A DNA stretch of 64,000 nt from a bacterium (GCA_031362565.1 JANLSU010000106.1:63031-127030); one strand, 5' to 3'; shown: positions 45,649-59,391, counted from the stretch's first letter. Program-made: numbers and translations. The notes: generated by a model not told the origin, from the letters alone.

Positions 45649-46250
45649 TGCGGAACACCGGCGGCCGGGTGGTCGCGATCGCGCTGGCCGTATGCGTGGG
45701 CTGCGCGCGGCAGGCGCCCGAGGACGCGGCGTGGCGCACCGAACTCGAAGCTTGGCGCGCCGGCAAGGACATCTTCTTTCACACCGCCAATGGACCGCTC
45801 ACTCCGGCCCAGCAGGTGGCGTTCACCGGTCTCCGCTACTTTCCGCCCGATGTCGCGTGGAAACTCGCCGGGTATCTCGAAAACGCCGCGGTCGTCGACA
45901 CGGTTCGCTTCGTGACCTCGAAGCGCACTCTCGAAGCCTACTTGCGCGTCGGGCAAGTACGTTTCGACCGCCGACGCCGCCATCTTGCACTGACGCTGTA
46001 TCGCTCCACCACCGACGCCACCTACTTCCTGCCTTTCACGGACACGACGACCGGGCACGAAACGTATGGCGCCGGCCGTTATCTCGACGTGGATGTTGCA
46101 GCCGACGGCGCGGTGGCGCTCGACTTCAATCGCGCCTACAGTCCTTACTGCGCGTACAACGACGGCTGGGTCTGTCCCGTGGCCCCCGAGGAGAATCATC
46201 TCGCCGTCGCGGTCGAAGCGGGGGAGCGGCAATTTGGCGCCGGACACTGA
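45648..46250 (+). CDS. DUF1684 domain lipoprotein
   Basis: Lipobox CVG-C; FTGLRYFP, PFTDTTTGHETYGAGRYLD, LDFNRAYSPYCAYN..WVCP. Confidence 0.9.
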   Translation: MRNTGGRVVAIALAVCVGCARQAPEDAAWRTELEAWRAGKDIFFHTANGPLTPAQQVAFTGLRYFPPDVAWKLAGYLENAAVVDTVRFVTSKRTLEAYLRVGQVRFDRRRRHLALTLYRSTTDATYFLPFTDTTTGHETYGAGRYLDVDVAADGAVALDFNRAYSPYCAYNDGWVCPVAPEENHLAVAVEAGERQFGAGH

Positions 46251-47310
46251 TCAGGAGACCGGCGGCAACGGCGAAATCGAAGTCGTCCCTTGCGTCGACG
46301 ACGTCGACCCCGACGAATGGCATGGCGATATCAGCGTCGATGCCGACTCGGCCGCGGCACGCGCCCGCCCCAAGCCAGTCGACGCTGTTGCAACGCCCGA
46401 AGCGGCGGCGCGGCTCGCCGCTCTGGCGGTCGAGGCGGCGCGCACTCATCTGCAGCGCATCGAGCGGCGCCGGCAACGCCAGCCGTTCGTCGCCCCACCC
46501 GGCTGGTTCGAGATCGATCTCCGCTCGGCGCGCTATTGCGTCATCGACTTGGAGACGACCGGCGCCGAGGCCGAAGACGACATTGTCGAGATCGGCGCCG
46601 TGCACTGTACCGGCGCCGAGCTCGGCCGCGAATTCTCCGAGTTGGTGCGGCCGCTGCGCCCGGTGTCGACGCGCGCCCAGCGCGTCCATGGCATCGATCC
46701 CGCGGCGCTGCACGGCGCGCCGTCGATCGAAATGGTGTTGCCGTTCCTCGAAGAATTCAGCCGTGATCGCGTTCTCGTTTTCCACAATGCGCCGTTCGAC
46801 GTCGGTTTTCTGCAGCGCGCTTTGATGGCGGCGGGCCGGTCGCGGCTCCGCAACCCGGTGGTGGATACGGTGGCGGTCGCGCGCCGGCTCTTGGGCGGCC
46901 GGTGCGGTCTTGGAACGGCGGCGCACCGGCTCGGCATCGACGCACCGCATGTGCACCGGGCGCTCGCCGATGCACGGTTGACGGCGCAACTTTGGACGGC
47001 GTTCCTGCAAATTCTGGCCGCCGCCGGCATCAACCGCCTTGGCGCCGTGCCGGGTGCCGCGGGACGGCCGCCGCGCGCTCACTTGCGGCACCGTTCCGCG
47101 CTCCATGCGGTGCTGGCACGGCTGGACGCGGCGGTGCGGCAGGGCGAAGCCGTCCGGGTCATCCTGCGCAGCGGTGACGGCGCCGCTCTCGAACTGCGAA
47201 TTCGCGTCGTGCGGCGCATTGGATCCCAATGCATGGCGGTCGACTTGGACCGCCAGGCACCGTTCCACTTCGATGCGGCGCGCATCGAGACGCTCGCCGC
47301 CGCATCCTGA
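46234..47310 (+). CDS. DEDDh 3'-5' exonuclease (DnaQ-like) with C-terminal WYL-like domain
   Basis: VIDLETTG, HNAPFDVGFL, HRALADA; TTG start after GGGGAG. Confidence 0.85.
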   Translation: MAPDTDQETGGNGEIEVVPCVDDVDPDEWHGDISVDADSAAARARPKPVDAVATPEAAARLAALAVEAARTHLQRIERRRQRQPFVAPPGWFEIDLRSARYCVIDLETTGAEAEDDIVEIGAVHCTGAELGREFSELVRPLRPVSTRAQRVHGIDPAALHGAPSIEMVLPFLEEFSRDRVLVFHNAPFDVGFLQRALMAAGRSRLRNPVVDTVAVARRLLGGRCGLGTAAHRLGIDAPHVHRALADARLTAQLWTAFLQILAAAGINRLGAVPGAAGRPPRAHLRHRSALHAVLARLDAAVRQGEAVRVILRSGDGAALELRIRVVRRIGSQCMAVDLDRQAPFHFDAARIETLAAAS

Positions 47311-47422
47311 ACCAGCCCGCGGTCCCGAACCGCCTTGTCAGTGCCGGCTGTCATCGTGTTCAATGCCCGGCATCGGGCCCGCGACCGGCGCGGGCATCGC
47401 ATCTCGATCTCCGGTTGGCGTG

Positions 47423-48697
47423 ATGAAAGTCTTGGTTCTGGGCAGTGGCGCGCGCGAGCACGCGCTGGCGGCGGCGTTGGCGCAAAGCGCCGATTGCCAG
47501 GAAGTGTTGGTCGCGCCCGGCAACGACGGCATGCGCGATGTCGCGCGCCCCGTGCCGGTCGCCACTCACGACATCGATGCGCTGGTCGACCTGGCGCGTG
47601 CCGAAGACATCGACCTGACGATTGCCGGCAGCGAGGAACCGCTGGTGCGCGGCGTTTGGGACGCATTCGACGCCGAGCGCTTGCGGCTCTTCGGCCCCTC
47701 GGCCGACGCGGCGCAACTCGAGGGTTCGAAGGTGTTCGCGAAGGAATTCATGCGGCGGTTCGAAATTCCGACCGCCGACTTCGAAGTCTATGACGATTTC
47801 GACGCGGCGCGCGCCGCGCTCGCCCATCACACGTTCCCGCTCGTCATCAAGGCCGACGGTTTGGCGGCCGGCAAGGGCGTGCATGTCGTCGGTTCGCGCG
47901 CCGAAGCCGAGGCGAGTCTGCGCGCCATGCTGGTGGAAGGGCGCTATGGACAGGCGGGGTCACGCGTGTTGCTCGAGCAGGCACTCACGGGGCCCGAATT
48001 GTCGGTGTTCGCGCTTTCGGACGGCTATAGCTACCGGTTGTTGGGGCTGGCGCAAGATCACAAACGCGCTTTCGACGGCGATCGCGGGCCGAATACCGGC
48101 GGCATGGGCGCCTACTCACCGGTGCCGTTCGTCGACGCGGCGCTCCTCGAGGACATTCACAACCGCATCTTGGCGCCGACCCTCGCCGGCCTTGTGGACG
48201 AGGGGGCGCCGTACCGTGGTTTTCTGTACGCCGGTCTCATGCTGACCCCGAGCGGCCCGCAGGTGCTCGAATACAACTGCCGGCTCGGGGATCCGGAAGC
48301 GCAAGTGCTGCTGCCGCGTTTCCGCGCCGACTGGCTCCGCCTGTTGGATGCCGCCGAGCAAGGCGATGTGATGAGCGCCGAATTCGAACTCGATCCGGGC
48401 GCCGCGGTGGCCGTGGTGCTTGCGTCGGCCGGCTATCCGGATGCACCGCAACTAGGGCGCGCTGTCGAAGGTTTCGAAGCGGCGCGCGAGCGTGGCGCCA
48501 AAGTGTGGTGCGCGGGGGTCCGCGCCCGCGGTGCGACACTCGTGACGAGTGGCGGGCGCATTTGTACTGTTGTGGGGCGGGGCGCGGATATCGCGTCGGC
48601 ACGCGAAGCGGCGTACGCGGGCGTCGATTGCATTGCGATCGAGGGCGCATTTTATCGCCATGACATTGGTCTGCAGGCGTTGGAGGGTGTGTCGTGA
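47423..48697 (+). CDS. purD: Phosphoribosylamine--glycine ligase
   Basis: MKVLVLGSGAREHAL, LEGSKVFAK, KADGLAAGKGV, GPNTGGMGAYSP, RLGDPE. Confidence 0.97.
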   Translation: MKVLVLGSGAREHALAAALAQSADCQEVLVAPGNDGMRDVARPVPVATHDIDALVDLARAEDIDLTIAGSEEPLVRGVWDAFDAERLRLFGPSADAAQLEGSKVFAKEFMRRFEIPTADFEVYDDFDAARAALAHHTFPLVIKADGLAAGKGVHVVGSRAEAEASLRAMLVEGRYGQAGSRVLLEQALTGPELSVFALSDGYSYRLLGLAQDHKRAFDGDRGPNTGGMGAYSPVPFVDAALLEDIHNRILAPTLAGLVDEGAPYRGFLYAGLMLTPSGPQVLEYNCRLGDPEAQVLLPRFRADWLRLLDAAEQGDVMSAEFELDPGAAVAVVLASAGYPDAPQLGRAVEGFEAARERGAKVWCAGVRARGATLVTSGGRICTVVGRGADIASAREAAYAGVDCIAIEGAFYRHDIGLQALEGVS

Positions 48698-49158
48698 CCG
48701 AGCCGCGGGTGATGATCGTGATGGGCAGCGAGTCGGATCGCCCGGTCATGGCCGAGTGTGCGAAGCGGCTCACCGATCTGGGCGTCGAGTTCGAAATGCA
48801 CGTGTCCTCGGCGCATCGCAACCCCGAGGCCACCCGGCAATTGGCGCGCGACGCGGCCGGACGCGGCGTGCGGGTCGTCGTTGCCGGCGCCGGCATGGCG
48901 GCGCACTTGGCGGGCGCGTGCGCCTCCGAAACGCTGTTGCCGGTGATCGGCGTGCCGCTCGAATCGGGGCCGGTCCAGGGGCTCGATGCGCTGCTGGCAA
49001 CGGTCATGATGCCTTCCGGTGTGCCGGTTGCCACCATGGCGATCGGCAAGGCGGGAGCCGCCAACGCCGGCATTCTGGCGGCGCAGATCTTGGCACTCGA
49101 AGATGCGCCGTTGCGCGATCGACTGGCGGCGATGCGGCGCGCCTGGCGCGCCGCATGA
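48694..49158 (+). CDS. purE: N5-CAIR mutase
   Basis: MGSESD, SAHRNP, AGAGMAAHL, PVIGVP, MPSGVPVAT. Confidence 0.97.
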   Translation: MTEPRVMIVMGSESDRPVMAECAKRLTDLGVEFEMHVSSAHRNPEATRQLARDAAGRGVRVVVAGAGMAAHLAGACASETLLPVIGVPLESGPVQGLDALLATVMMPSGVPVATMAIGKAGAANAGILAAQILALEDAPLRDRLAAMRRAWRAA

Positions 49159-49787
49159 TCGCCCGCCTCACGTGGCCGGATGCGGCAACGCAGGCGACGC
49201 TCGTGCGGCTCCTCGGCGGCGATGCGGTCGTCGTCCTGCCGACCGACACGTTGTACGGTTTTTCGGCGCGGGCCGCGTCCGAGTTGGCATTGGCGCGCAT
49301 CGCGACACTGAAAGGCCGCCACAACGCCCGGAGTTTCGTGGCGCTCGCCGCGCATCCGGCGGACGTGTGGGCAGGGTCGATCGCCGAGCCGCGCGTCGTG
49401 GCATTTTTGACCGCCGTGTGGCCGGCGCCACTCACGGTGGTACTGCGGACGGCGGTGCCCGTGCCCTGGGGCGAAGTCCGTAACGGGGTGCCAACGGCCG
49501 CTTATCGCGTCCCGGCTCACCCGGCACTCCGGGGCCTGCTCGCCGCGGTCGGTGAGCCGGTGGTTTCGACGAGTGTGAATCGTAGCGGTCAGGCGCCGCT
49601 TTTGGACGCCGAATCGATCCAGCGCGAGTTCGGCGCCGAGGTCGCGGCGATCGTGATCGATCCGGGGCTCGAACGGCGTCCGGCCCAGGCGTCGACGCTC
49701 GGCGATTTCACCGCCTGGCCGCCGCGCACGCTGCGCCCGGGCGCGTTCGATCTCGATGCCGCGCTTGCCGCGTGGCCTTTGACCTGA
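49155..49787 (+). CDS. tsaC: L-threonylcarbamoyladenylate synthase (YrdC/Sua5)
   Basis: LPTDTLYG, LKGR, WPAPLT, STSVNRSG. Confidence 0.9.
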   Translation: MIARLTWPDAATQATLVRLLGGDAVVVLPTDTLYGFSARAASELALARIATLKGRHNARSFVALAAHPADVWAGSIAEPRVVAFLTAVWPAPLTVVLRTAVPVPWGEVRNGVPTAAYRVPAHPALRGLLAAVGEPVVSTSVNRSGQAPLLDAESIQREFGAEVAAIVIDPGLERRPAQASTLGDFTAWPPRTLRPGAFDLDAALAAWPLT

Positions 49788-49803
49788 GGACGAGGAGCAC
49801 GCC

Positions 49804-50289
49804 GTGGCGGGACTCGGGCAGATCCTGTTCGTGTGCACGGGGAACACTTGCCGGAGTCCGCTCGCCGAAGCGGTCGGGCGCCAGTGGATCCAACGCTCGG
49901 GGCTGGATGTAACGGTCACGTCGGCCGGCATCGGCGCCCTGGACGACGAGCCGGCCAGTGTCATGGCACGGGCCGTGGCGCGGGACGCGGGGCTCGACCT
50001 CGAATCGCACCGGGCGCGGCTGCTGACCCGCGGCGACGTACTGGGGGCGCAACTGGTGCTGGTCATGGGCCCCCGGCAGCTCGAATTCATCCGGGTCCTG
50101 GCGCCGGAGGCCATGGAACGGGTATTCCTCGTCAGCGACTACGCTCTGAGGGGCGAGCCGGGGCACGAAATCCGGGACCCGTTTGGCGGCGACCGGGAGG
50201 CGTATCGTCGTACACTGGCAGAGCTGCAGCCGCTGGTGGAGCACGCCTTGCAGCGCTTCGAGGCGGAAGCCAGCCAACGCGGCTCCTAA
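49804..50289 (+). CDS. Low molecular weight protein arginine/tyrosine phosphatase (YwlE-like)
   Basis: VCTGNTCRSP, IRDPFGG; follows tsaC. Confidence 0.9.
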   Translation: MAGLGQILFVCTGNTCRSPLAEAVGRQWIQRSGLDVTVTSAGIGALDDEPASVMARAVARDAGLDLESHRARLLTRGDVLGAQLVLVMGPRQLEFIRVLAPEAMERVFLVSDYALRGEPGHEIRDPFGGDREAYRRTLAELQPLVEHALQRFEAEASQRGS

Positions 50290-50328
50290 GGGCCGGCACG
50301 CCTGAGATCGACACACCGGGAGGCCTGA

Positions 50329-51318
50329 ATGAGCAAGCTGACAAGCGACGGGCACACCAATCCCGCCATGGCAAGTGCCCCCCGGTTCCAATCCGAGGCG
50401 CCGTTCCGTGCGGATCTGCAAATCTGGATGGACGGTGAGTTCGTTGCGTGGCAAGAGGCCAGCGTGCATGTCATGTCGCACGTGCTGCACTACGGCTCGA
50501 GTGTCTTCGAGGGTATCCGTTGCTACAAGACGAAACGCGGCCCGGCGGTCTTCCGTCTCGGCGATCACGTGCGGCGCTTGTTCGATTCGGCGCGCATCTA
50601 TCGCATGAAGCCAAGTGTCGAGAAGGAGGCGTTCGCCGCCGCGATTCTCGAATCGATCCGGCGCAACGGCTTCGAGGCCTGCTACATCCGGCCGCTGGTA
50701 TACCGCGGCTTGGGCCAGCCCGGCGTCAATCCACTGCACAGCCCGGTCTGCAGCGCGATCATCTGCTGGGATTGGGGACACTACCTGGGCGATGGCTCGC
50801 TGCAGAGCGGCATCGATGTCTGCGTCTCGTCGTGGACGCGCATGGCCCCCAACACGATGCCGGCGATGGCGAAGGCGAGTGCGAACTACATGAACTCGCA
50901 GCTCATCAAGATGGAAGCGGTTCTGAACGGCTTCAAGGAGGGCATCGCGCTCGATACCCACGGCTACGTGAGCGAAGGCAGCGGCGAGAACATTTTCGTC
51001 GTGCGGGACGGCGTGTTGCGTACCCCGCCGCTTTCGGCCGCCGTGTTGGCGGGCATCACGCGCGATTCGCTGCTGCAGCTGGCGCGCGATGCCGGGATCC
51101 CGGTAGCGGAAGAGAACATTCCGCGCGAAATGCTGTACACCGCCGACGAAGTCTTCTTGACCGGCACCGCCACCGAGCTTTGCCCGGTGCGCAACGTCGA
51201 CCGCATCCAGGTCGGCGACGGCCAGCCCGGCCCGGTGACGCGCCGGCTCCAGGAACTCTTCTTGGGAACGGTCCGCGGCGAGCGCGAGGATCGTCACGGT
51301 TGGCTCGACTTGGTGTGA
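50329..51318 (+). CDS. ilvE: Branched-chain amino acid aminotransferase
   Basis: LHYGSSVFEGIR, YIRPL, SEGSGENIF, LAGITR, EVFLTGTA. Confidence 0.96.
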   Translation: MSKLTSDGHTNPAMASAPRFQSEAPFRADLQIWMDGEFVAWQEASVHVMSHVLHYGSSVFEGIRCYKTKRGPAVFRLGDHVRRLFDSARIYRMKPSVEKEAFAAAILESIRRNGFEACYIRPLVYRGLGQPGVNPLHSPVCSAIICWDWGHYLGDGSLQSGIDVCVSSWTRMAPNTMPAMAKASANYMNSQLIKMEAVLNGFKEGIALDTHGYVSEGSGENIFVVRDGVLRTPPLSAAVLAGITRDSLLQLARDAGIPVAEENIPREMLYTADEVFLTGTATELCPVRNVDRIQVGDGQPGPVTRRLQELFLGTVRGEREDRHGWLDLV

Positions 51319-51386
51319 CGCCGCTTGGCGGCCCAAGGTGAGGGATCGGCCGCGGACGGCCCGGCGCGGGTGAGGAGAGCGGACCA

Positions 51387-51848
51387 ATGCGGTGCCCGGC
51401 GTGCGGTCACGAGGACGACAAGGTGATCGATTCGCGCAGCGTGCGCGATGGGCATGCGGTGCGCCGCCGGCGCGAATGCTCCAGTTGCCGCCAGCGCTAC
51501 ACCACCTACGAGGTCGTCGAGCAGGCGGCGGTGTTGGTCGTCAAAAAGGACGGCCGGCGCGAGCCTTACTCGCGCGACCGGGTGCTCGCCGGCCTCATCA
51601 AGGCGTGCGAGAAACGGCCGATTTCCCGCCAGCAACTCGAGGATCTCGTCGAAGAAGTGGAGCGCGGCGTGTTCGCCGATTCGCGCACCGAAGTCCCGTC
51701 GCGCGACATCGGTGAAGCGGTGATGAATCGCTTGCAGCTTCTCGACGAAGTCGCCTACGTGCGTTTTGCCTCGGTGTACCGGTCGTTCCGTGACTTGAAC
51801 CAGTTCATGGACGAACTGAAGTCGATCCTGCAGGAGAAGCGCCCATGA
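51387..51848 (+). CDS. nrdR: Transcriptional repressor NrdR
   Basis: [38 protein letters not shown]. Confidence 0.97.
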   Translation: MRCPACGHEDDKVIDSRSVRDGHAVRRRRECSSCRQRYTTYEVVEQAAVLVVKKDGRREPYSRDRVLAGLIKACEKRPISRQQLEDLVEEVERGVFADSRTEVPSRDIGEAVMNRLQLLDEVAYVRFASVYRSFRDLNQFMDELKSILQEKRP

Positions 51849-52639
51849 CTCCCATGGACGCGCCGCCGGCACCGCCCGGGGTGCCGCGCGTCGAACCGGC
51901 GCCGCCGCGGAGGCGGGCGGATCCGCTCGAGGTCATGAGCTTCATCCAGCACCTCGAGGAACTGCGGAAGACGCTCTTCTTTCTGATCGCGGTCGCCGCC
52001 GTCGCCGCCACCGGCGGCTGGTTCGTGGCGCCGTATGTGCTCAATCAAGTCGTCACTCCGAAGTTGGAGCGGGTTTATTTCAGCTCGCCCTCCGAGGGCT
52101 TCATGATCCAGCTCAAGGTCAGTCTGGTGCTCGGCGGCATCGTGGCGTTGCCGCTTCTCCTGGCACGTCTTTGGGGTTTCGTCGCACCGGGGTTGTTCAA
52201 ACACGAGCGGCGCGCCGTGGTGCCGGTGCTCGTGTCCGGTGCCATCTTGTTCTATGGCGGAATTCTCTTCTCCTACTGGGGCGTCGTGCCGCGCATGGTG
52301 GATTTTTTCCTGTCGTTCTCGGGAAGCCGGATCACGCCGCTCATCAACGTTACCGAGTATTTCATGTTCGTCGCCAAGTTTTGCGTGGCGTTCGGCTTGG
52401 CCTTCCAGCTGCCGCTCGTCATCGTCTTGCTGGCGGCATTGGGAATCGTGACGCCGGAACGGCTCTGGAGCCAGTGGCGCTACGGCATCATCGTCATCTT
52501 CATCATCGCCGCCTGGCTGACGCCGCCCGACGCCGTTTCGCAGGTCATGATGGGCGTACCGCTCACCGTGCTCTACATGGGGTCGCTGGTTGTCGCCTAC
52601 TTCGTGGCGCGCCGCCGGCGGCGGCGCCAGAAGCACTGA
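51845..52639 (+). CDS. tatC: Twin-arginine translocase subunit TatC
   Basis: HLEELR, FVAPGLFKHER, AFQLP, LTPPD. Confidence 0.95.
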   Translation: MTPMDAPPAPPGVPRVEPAPPRRRADPLEVMSFIQHLEELRKTLFFLIAVAAVAATGGWFVAPYVLNQVVTPKLERVYFSSPSEGFMIQLKVSLVLGGIVALPLLLARLWGFVAPGLFKHERRAVVPVLVSGAILFYGGILFSYWGVVPRMVDFFLSFSGSRITPLINVTEYFMFVAKFCVAFGLAFQLPLVIVLLAALGIVTPERLWSQWRYGIIVIFIIAAWLTPPDAVSQVMMGVPLTVLYMGSLVVAYFVARRRRRRQKH

Positions 52640-53004
52640 CACCTCTTGCCGGGCGGCGCGGCGCGGCCGATATTTCGAACGCCAGCCGTCGCTGCACGCG
52701 GCGGTCCGCACCGTGGTTGCGCGGCCACCACGCTGCAATCGATCTCCCCCCATTGGCAGGCCCGCATGGAGCGGTGGTTGCGCCCGCCGGCGCCGGCAAC
52801 GCGCCGGCGGCTGGAACGCCTGCCGCACGCGGCGTTTTTGGAATATGGACGGGCGGCGTGACGGCGGCAGGTGGCCGGAAATCGTCCGGCCCTTGGCGCC
52901 GGAGGCAAGGTGGGCGGCGGCTTCCTGCGCCGTGTGAATCGGAGACGGGAGCGTGGCGGCGCTGCAACCGGCAGCCCCACAACGAGTTTTCAAAGCTCGC
53001 CCAT

Positions 53005-53020
53005 GGGTATGTCGATTGCT
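53005..53020 (+). promoter_or_regulatory. Candidate sigma54 promoter for prkA-yeaH-spoVR
   Basis: GGGTATGTCGATTGCT, GG-N10-GC with TTGCT; E. coli yeaGH is known to be sigma54/NtrC-controlled. Confidence 0.5.
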
Positions 53021-53165
53021 TGCCAGCCACTGCAACCCCCAGCGCCGCATTTACCGCGGCGCGGGGTTCGACTCACAGGGCCGGAACGCCCGGACAGGTC
53101 CGCGGCAGTCGTGATCGCAGCGGGAGAGCCCTTTGGGCCCCGCGCTCTGGTGCAGGAGGACAGTC

Positions 53166-55223
<2,058 letters not shown>

Positions 55224-55276
55224 GCGCTTGAGGGATCTGCCGGGACGAGCGGTGGGGTCGTGTGGCTTGGAGCGTC

Positions 55277-56379
55277 ATGGTCAGTCGCATCGAAGAGGAC
55301 AAGAGCCGTTTCGACCGCATCGTACGCGGCCGGATCAAGAACGAGCTCCGCAAGTACATCACCCACGGCGAAATGATCGGCCGCAAGGGCAAGGACTACG
55401 TGTCCATCCCGTTGCCGCAGATCGACATCCCGCATTTCCGTTACGGCCGCAACAAGCAGGGCGGCGTCGGCCAGGGCGAAGGCGAGATCGGCGATGCGCT
55501 GGGGCCGCCGGGGCCGGGCGGCGAGAATCCAGGCGCCGGGGATGCACCGGGCCAGCACATGATGGAAGTCGATATTTCCATCACCGAGCTGGCGAAACTC
55601 TTGGGCGAAGAGCTCGAGTTGCCGCGCATCCAACCGCGCGGCAGCAAGAACATCACCGCAGTCCGTGACAAATATGTCGGCATTCGGACCACGGGGCCCG
55701 AATCCCTGCGGCATTTCAAGCGCTCGTTCCGCGAGGCTTTGAAGCGCGAGATGGCGACCGGCACCTACGATCCGGACAACCCGATCGTAGTGCCGATGCA
55801 GCCCGACAAGCGCTACCGCTCGTGGCGCGAAGTGCGGTTGCCCGAGAACAACGCCGTCATCGTCTACATCATGGACGTCTCCGGCTCGATGGGCGACGAG
55901 CAGAAGGAGATCGTGCGCGTCGAATCCTTCTGGATCGACACCTGGTTGCGGTCGCAATACAAGCAGATCGAGAGCCGCTATATCGTCCACGACGCGGTGG
56001 CCACCGAGGTCGACCAGAAGACCTTCTATTCGACGCGCGAAAGCGGCGGCACCAAGATCTCGAGCGCCTACAAACTCTGCAACGAGATCATCGACCGGCA
56101 CTATCCAGTCAGCGACTGGAACATCTATCCGTTTCACTTCTCGGACGGCGACAACTGGGGCGGCGGCGATACCAAGGAATGCGTCCGCTTGCTGCGCGAG
56201 GACCTGCTGCCGAAGGTGAACTTGTTCTGCTACGGACAGGTCGAGAGCCCGTACGGCAGCGGCCAGTTCATCAAGGACCTCGAGAAGGAGTTCCGGGAGC
56301 CGGATGCACTCGTGACCTCGCAAATCAAGGATCGCGACGCGATCTACGAATCCATCAAGCAGTTTCTAGGGAAGGGCCG

Positions 56380-56383
<4 letters not shown>
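55277..56383 (+). CDS. yeaH: YeaH/YhbH (DUF444) VWA-like protein
   Basis: [42 protein letters not shown]. Confidence 0.93.
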
Positions 56384-57894
<1,511 letters not shown>

Positions 57895-57902
57895 CGCGGC
57901 CC

Positions 57903-57932
57903 TTGACAGGCTTCGCAAAACGATGCTAGGTT
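57903..57932 (+). promoter_or_regulatory. sigma70 promoter TTGACA-18-TAGGTT with extended TG
   Basis: Perfect -35 box in the short gap before the polyprenyl synthase. Confidence 0.65.
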
Positions 57933-57962
57933 ACGCCGTTTCTTGCACTTGCGAGAAGGGGC

Positions 57963-58967
57963 GTGGGGCCGCTGAATCCTCAGTTCAACGTCGACGCACG
58001 CGTCCACGACTTTCGAGTTCTGGTCCAGGACGAGCTCGATTCGGTCGAAGAATTCCTGAAAAGCTGCTGCCAGGCGAGCGGCGTCGACCTCATCGACGAG
58101 GTCTGGTCGCACCTTTTGCATTCGCCGGGGAAGCGGCTGCGCCCGATGCTGCTCTTGCTGTCGGCGCGGGCCCACGGCGGCATCGGTCCTGACACCATCA
58201 TGGCCGGCGCGGTGGTCGAGATGATTCACACCGCGACCCTCATCCACGACGATGTCGTCGACAAGGCGCGCGTCCGGCGCGGCCAGCCGACGGTGAATCA
58301 TCGTTGGCATGACGGCATCGCGCTCATGATGGGCGACTTCTTGTATTCGAAGGGCTTCCAGCTCTTCACCGCCGCCGGATTGCGGCGCGAAATGGCGTTG
58401 CTCGCCGATACGACGAACCGCATGTCGATCGCTGAGATGATGCAGTTCCAGTTTCACACCAAGCTCGACATGCGCGAAGAGGAGTACATGCTCCTCATCG
58501 GCGAAAAGACCGCGGCCCTCATCGAGGCGTCTTGCGCTCTCGGCGCCATGTTGGCCGACTGGCACGACGTCGATGCCGTGGCGCGCTATGGCCGCTCGGT
58601 CGGGCTTGCCTTCCAGATCACCGACGATTTGTTCGACTACTTGAGCGATGCGACGGTGGTCGGCAAACCGGTGGGCAGCGATTTGCGCGAGGGCAAGGTC
58701 ACCTTGCCGCTCATCGCCGCACTCCGCAATGCGCCCGCCGCGGCGCGCCAGCGCATCGTGCAGCAGATTCACGCCGGCGACGTCTTCGAGGGACATTGGT
58801 CCGAGATGACCGACTTCGTGCAGACCCATGGCGGCATCGAGTACGCGCTGGCGCTCGCCAACACGCTCGGGCGTGATGCCAAAGAGGCGTTGCGCGGCGT
58901 GCCGCCTTCCGCCGAACGCGATGCCCTCGATGCGGCCGTCGATTTCATCATCAGCCGCGTCAACTAA
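57963..58967 (+). CDS. Polyprenyl diphosphate synthase (IspB/HepT-like)
   Basis: GKRLRP, HDDVVD..RRG, FQITDDLFD, GSDLREGK. Confidence 0.95.
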   Translation: MGPLNPQFNVDARVHDFRVLVQDELDSVEEFLKSCCQASGVDLIDEVWSHLLHSPGKRLRPMLLLLSARAHGGIGPDTIMAGAVVEMIHTATLIHDDVVDKARVRRGQPTVNHRWHDGIALMMGDFLYSKGFQLFTAAGLRREMALLADTTNRMSIAEMMQFQFHTKLDMREEEYMLLIGEKTAALIEASCALGAMLADWHDVDAVARYGRSVGLAFQITDDLFDYLSDATVVGKPVGSDLREGKVTLPLIAALRNAPAAARQRIVQQIHAGDVFEGHWSEMTDFVQTHGGIEYALALANTLGRDAKEALRGVPPSAERDALDAAVDFIISRVN

Positions 58968-59391
58968 AGTCGGCGCCGCCGTCGGCGCCGCGAATGCGGC
59001 GCCTCCGGCCCGGTCGCGCCGCCGGGCACCGACGCCTGCCGATCTCCTCTTGCTGGTGCTCCTCCTCGCCGCAGTCGCCGCCCTGCAGGCCGGCGTCGCA
59101 CGCGGCGGCGTGTCGCAAGATCTCTTGTTGCGGACGGCCGGCGGACCTGACCAGTGGGTCGACGCCCGCCGCGACGCCGACTACAACCTCACCGGGCCGC
59201 TCGGCACGACCGTGGTGACGGTGCGCGACGGCGATGCGTGGATCGCTCGCGCCCCGTGCCGCAACCAGGTTTGCGTGCGCATGGGGCACCTGCATGGCAC
59301 GCGTCGCGCCCTCGTCTGCCTGCCGAATCGGATTCTCGTGCGCTTCGCATCCAAAGGCCAGGCGGAGGGACCCGATGCCATCGCCCACTGA
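58930..59391 (+). CDS. NusG domain II-like (DUF1312) membrane-anchored protein; start uncertain
   Basis: ADLLLLVLLL TM; CRNQVCVRMG...LVCLPNRILV. Confidence 0.8.
   Translation: MRPSISSSAASTKVGAAVGAANAAPPARSRRRAPTPADLLLLVLLLAAVAALQAGVARGGVSQDLLLRTAGGPDQWVDARRDADYNLTGPLGTTVVTVRDGDAWIARAPCRNQVCVRMGHLHGTRRALVCLPNRILVRFASKGQAEGPDAIAH

Noticed and set aside
47335..47364. Possible purD promoter TTGTCA-18-TTCAAT and purine riboswitch
   Set aside because: The -10 lacks the conserved A, and no purine, ZTP or PRPP aptamer consensus is recognisable
55822..56379. N-terminal extension of SpoVR
   Set aside because: It overlaps yeaH; the ATGA overlap at 56380 gives the normal start
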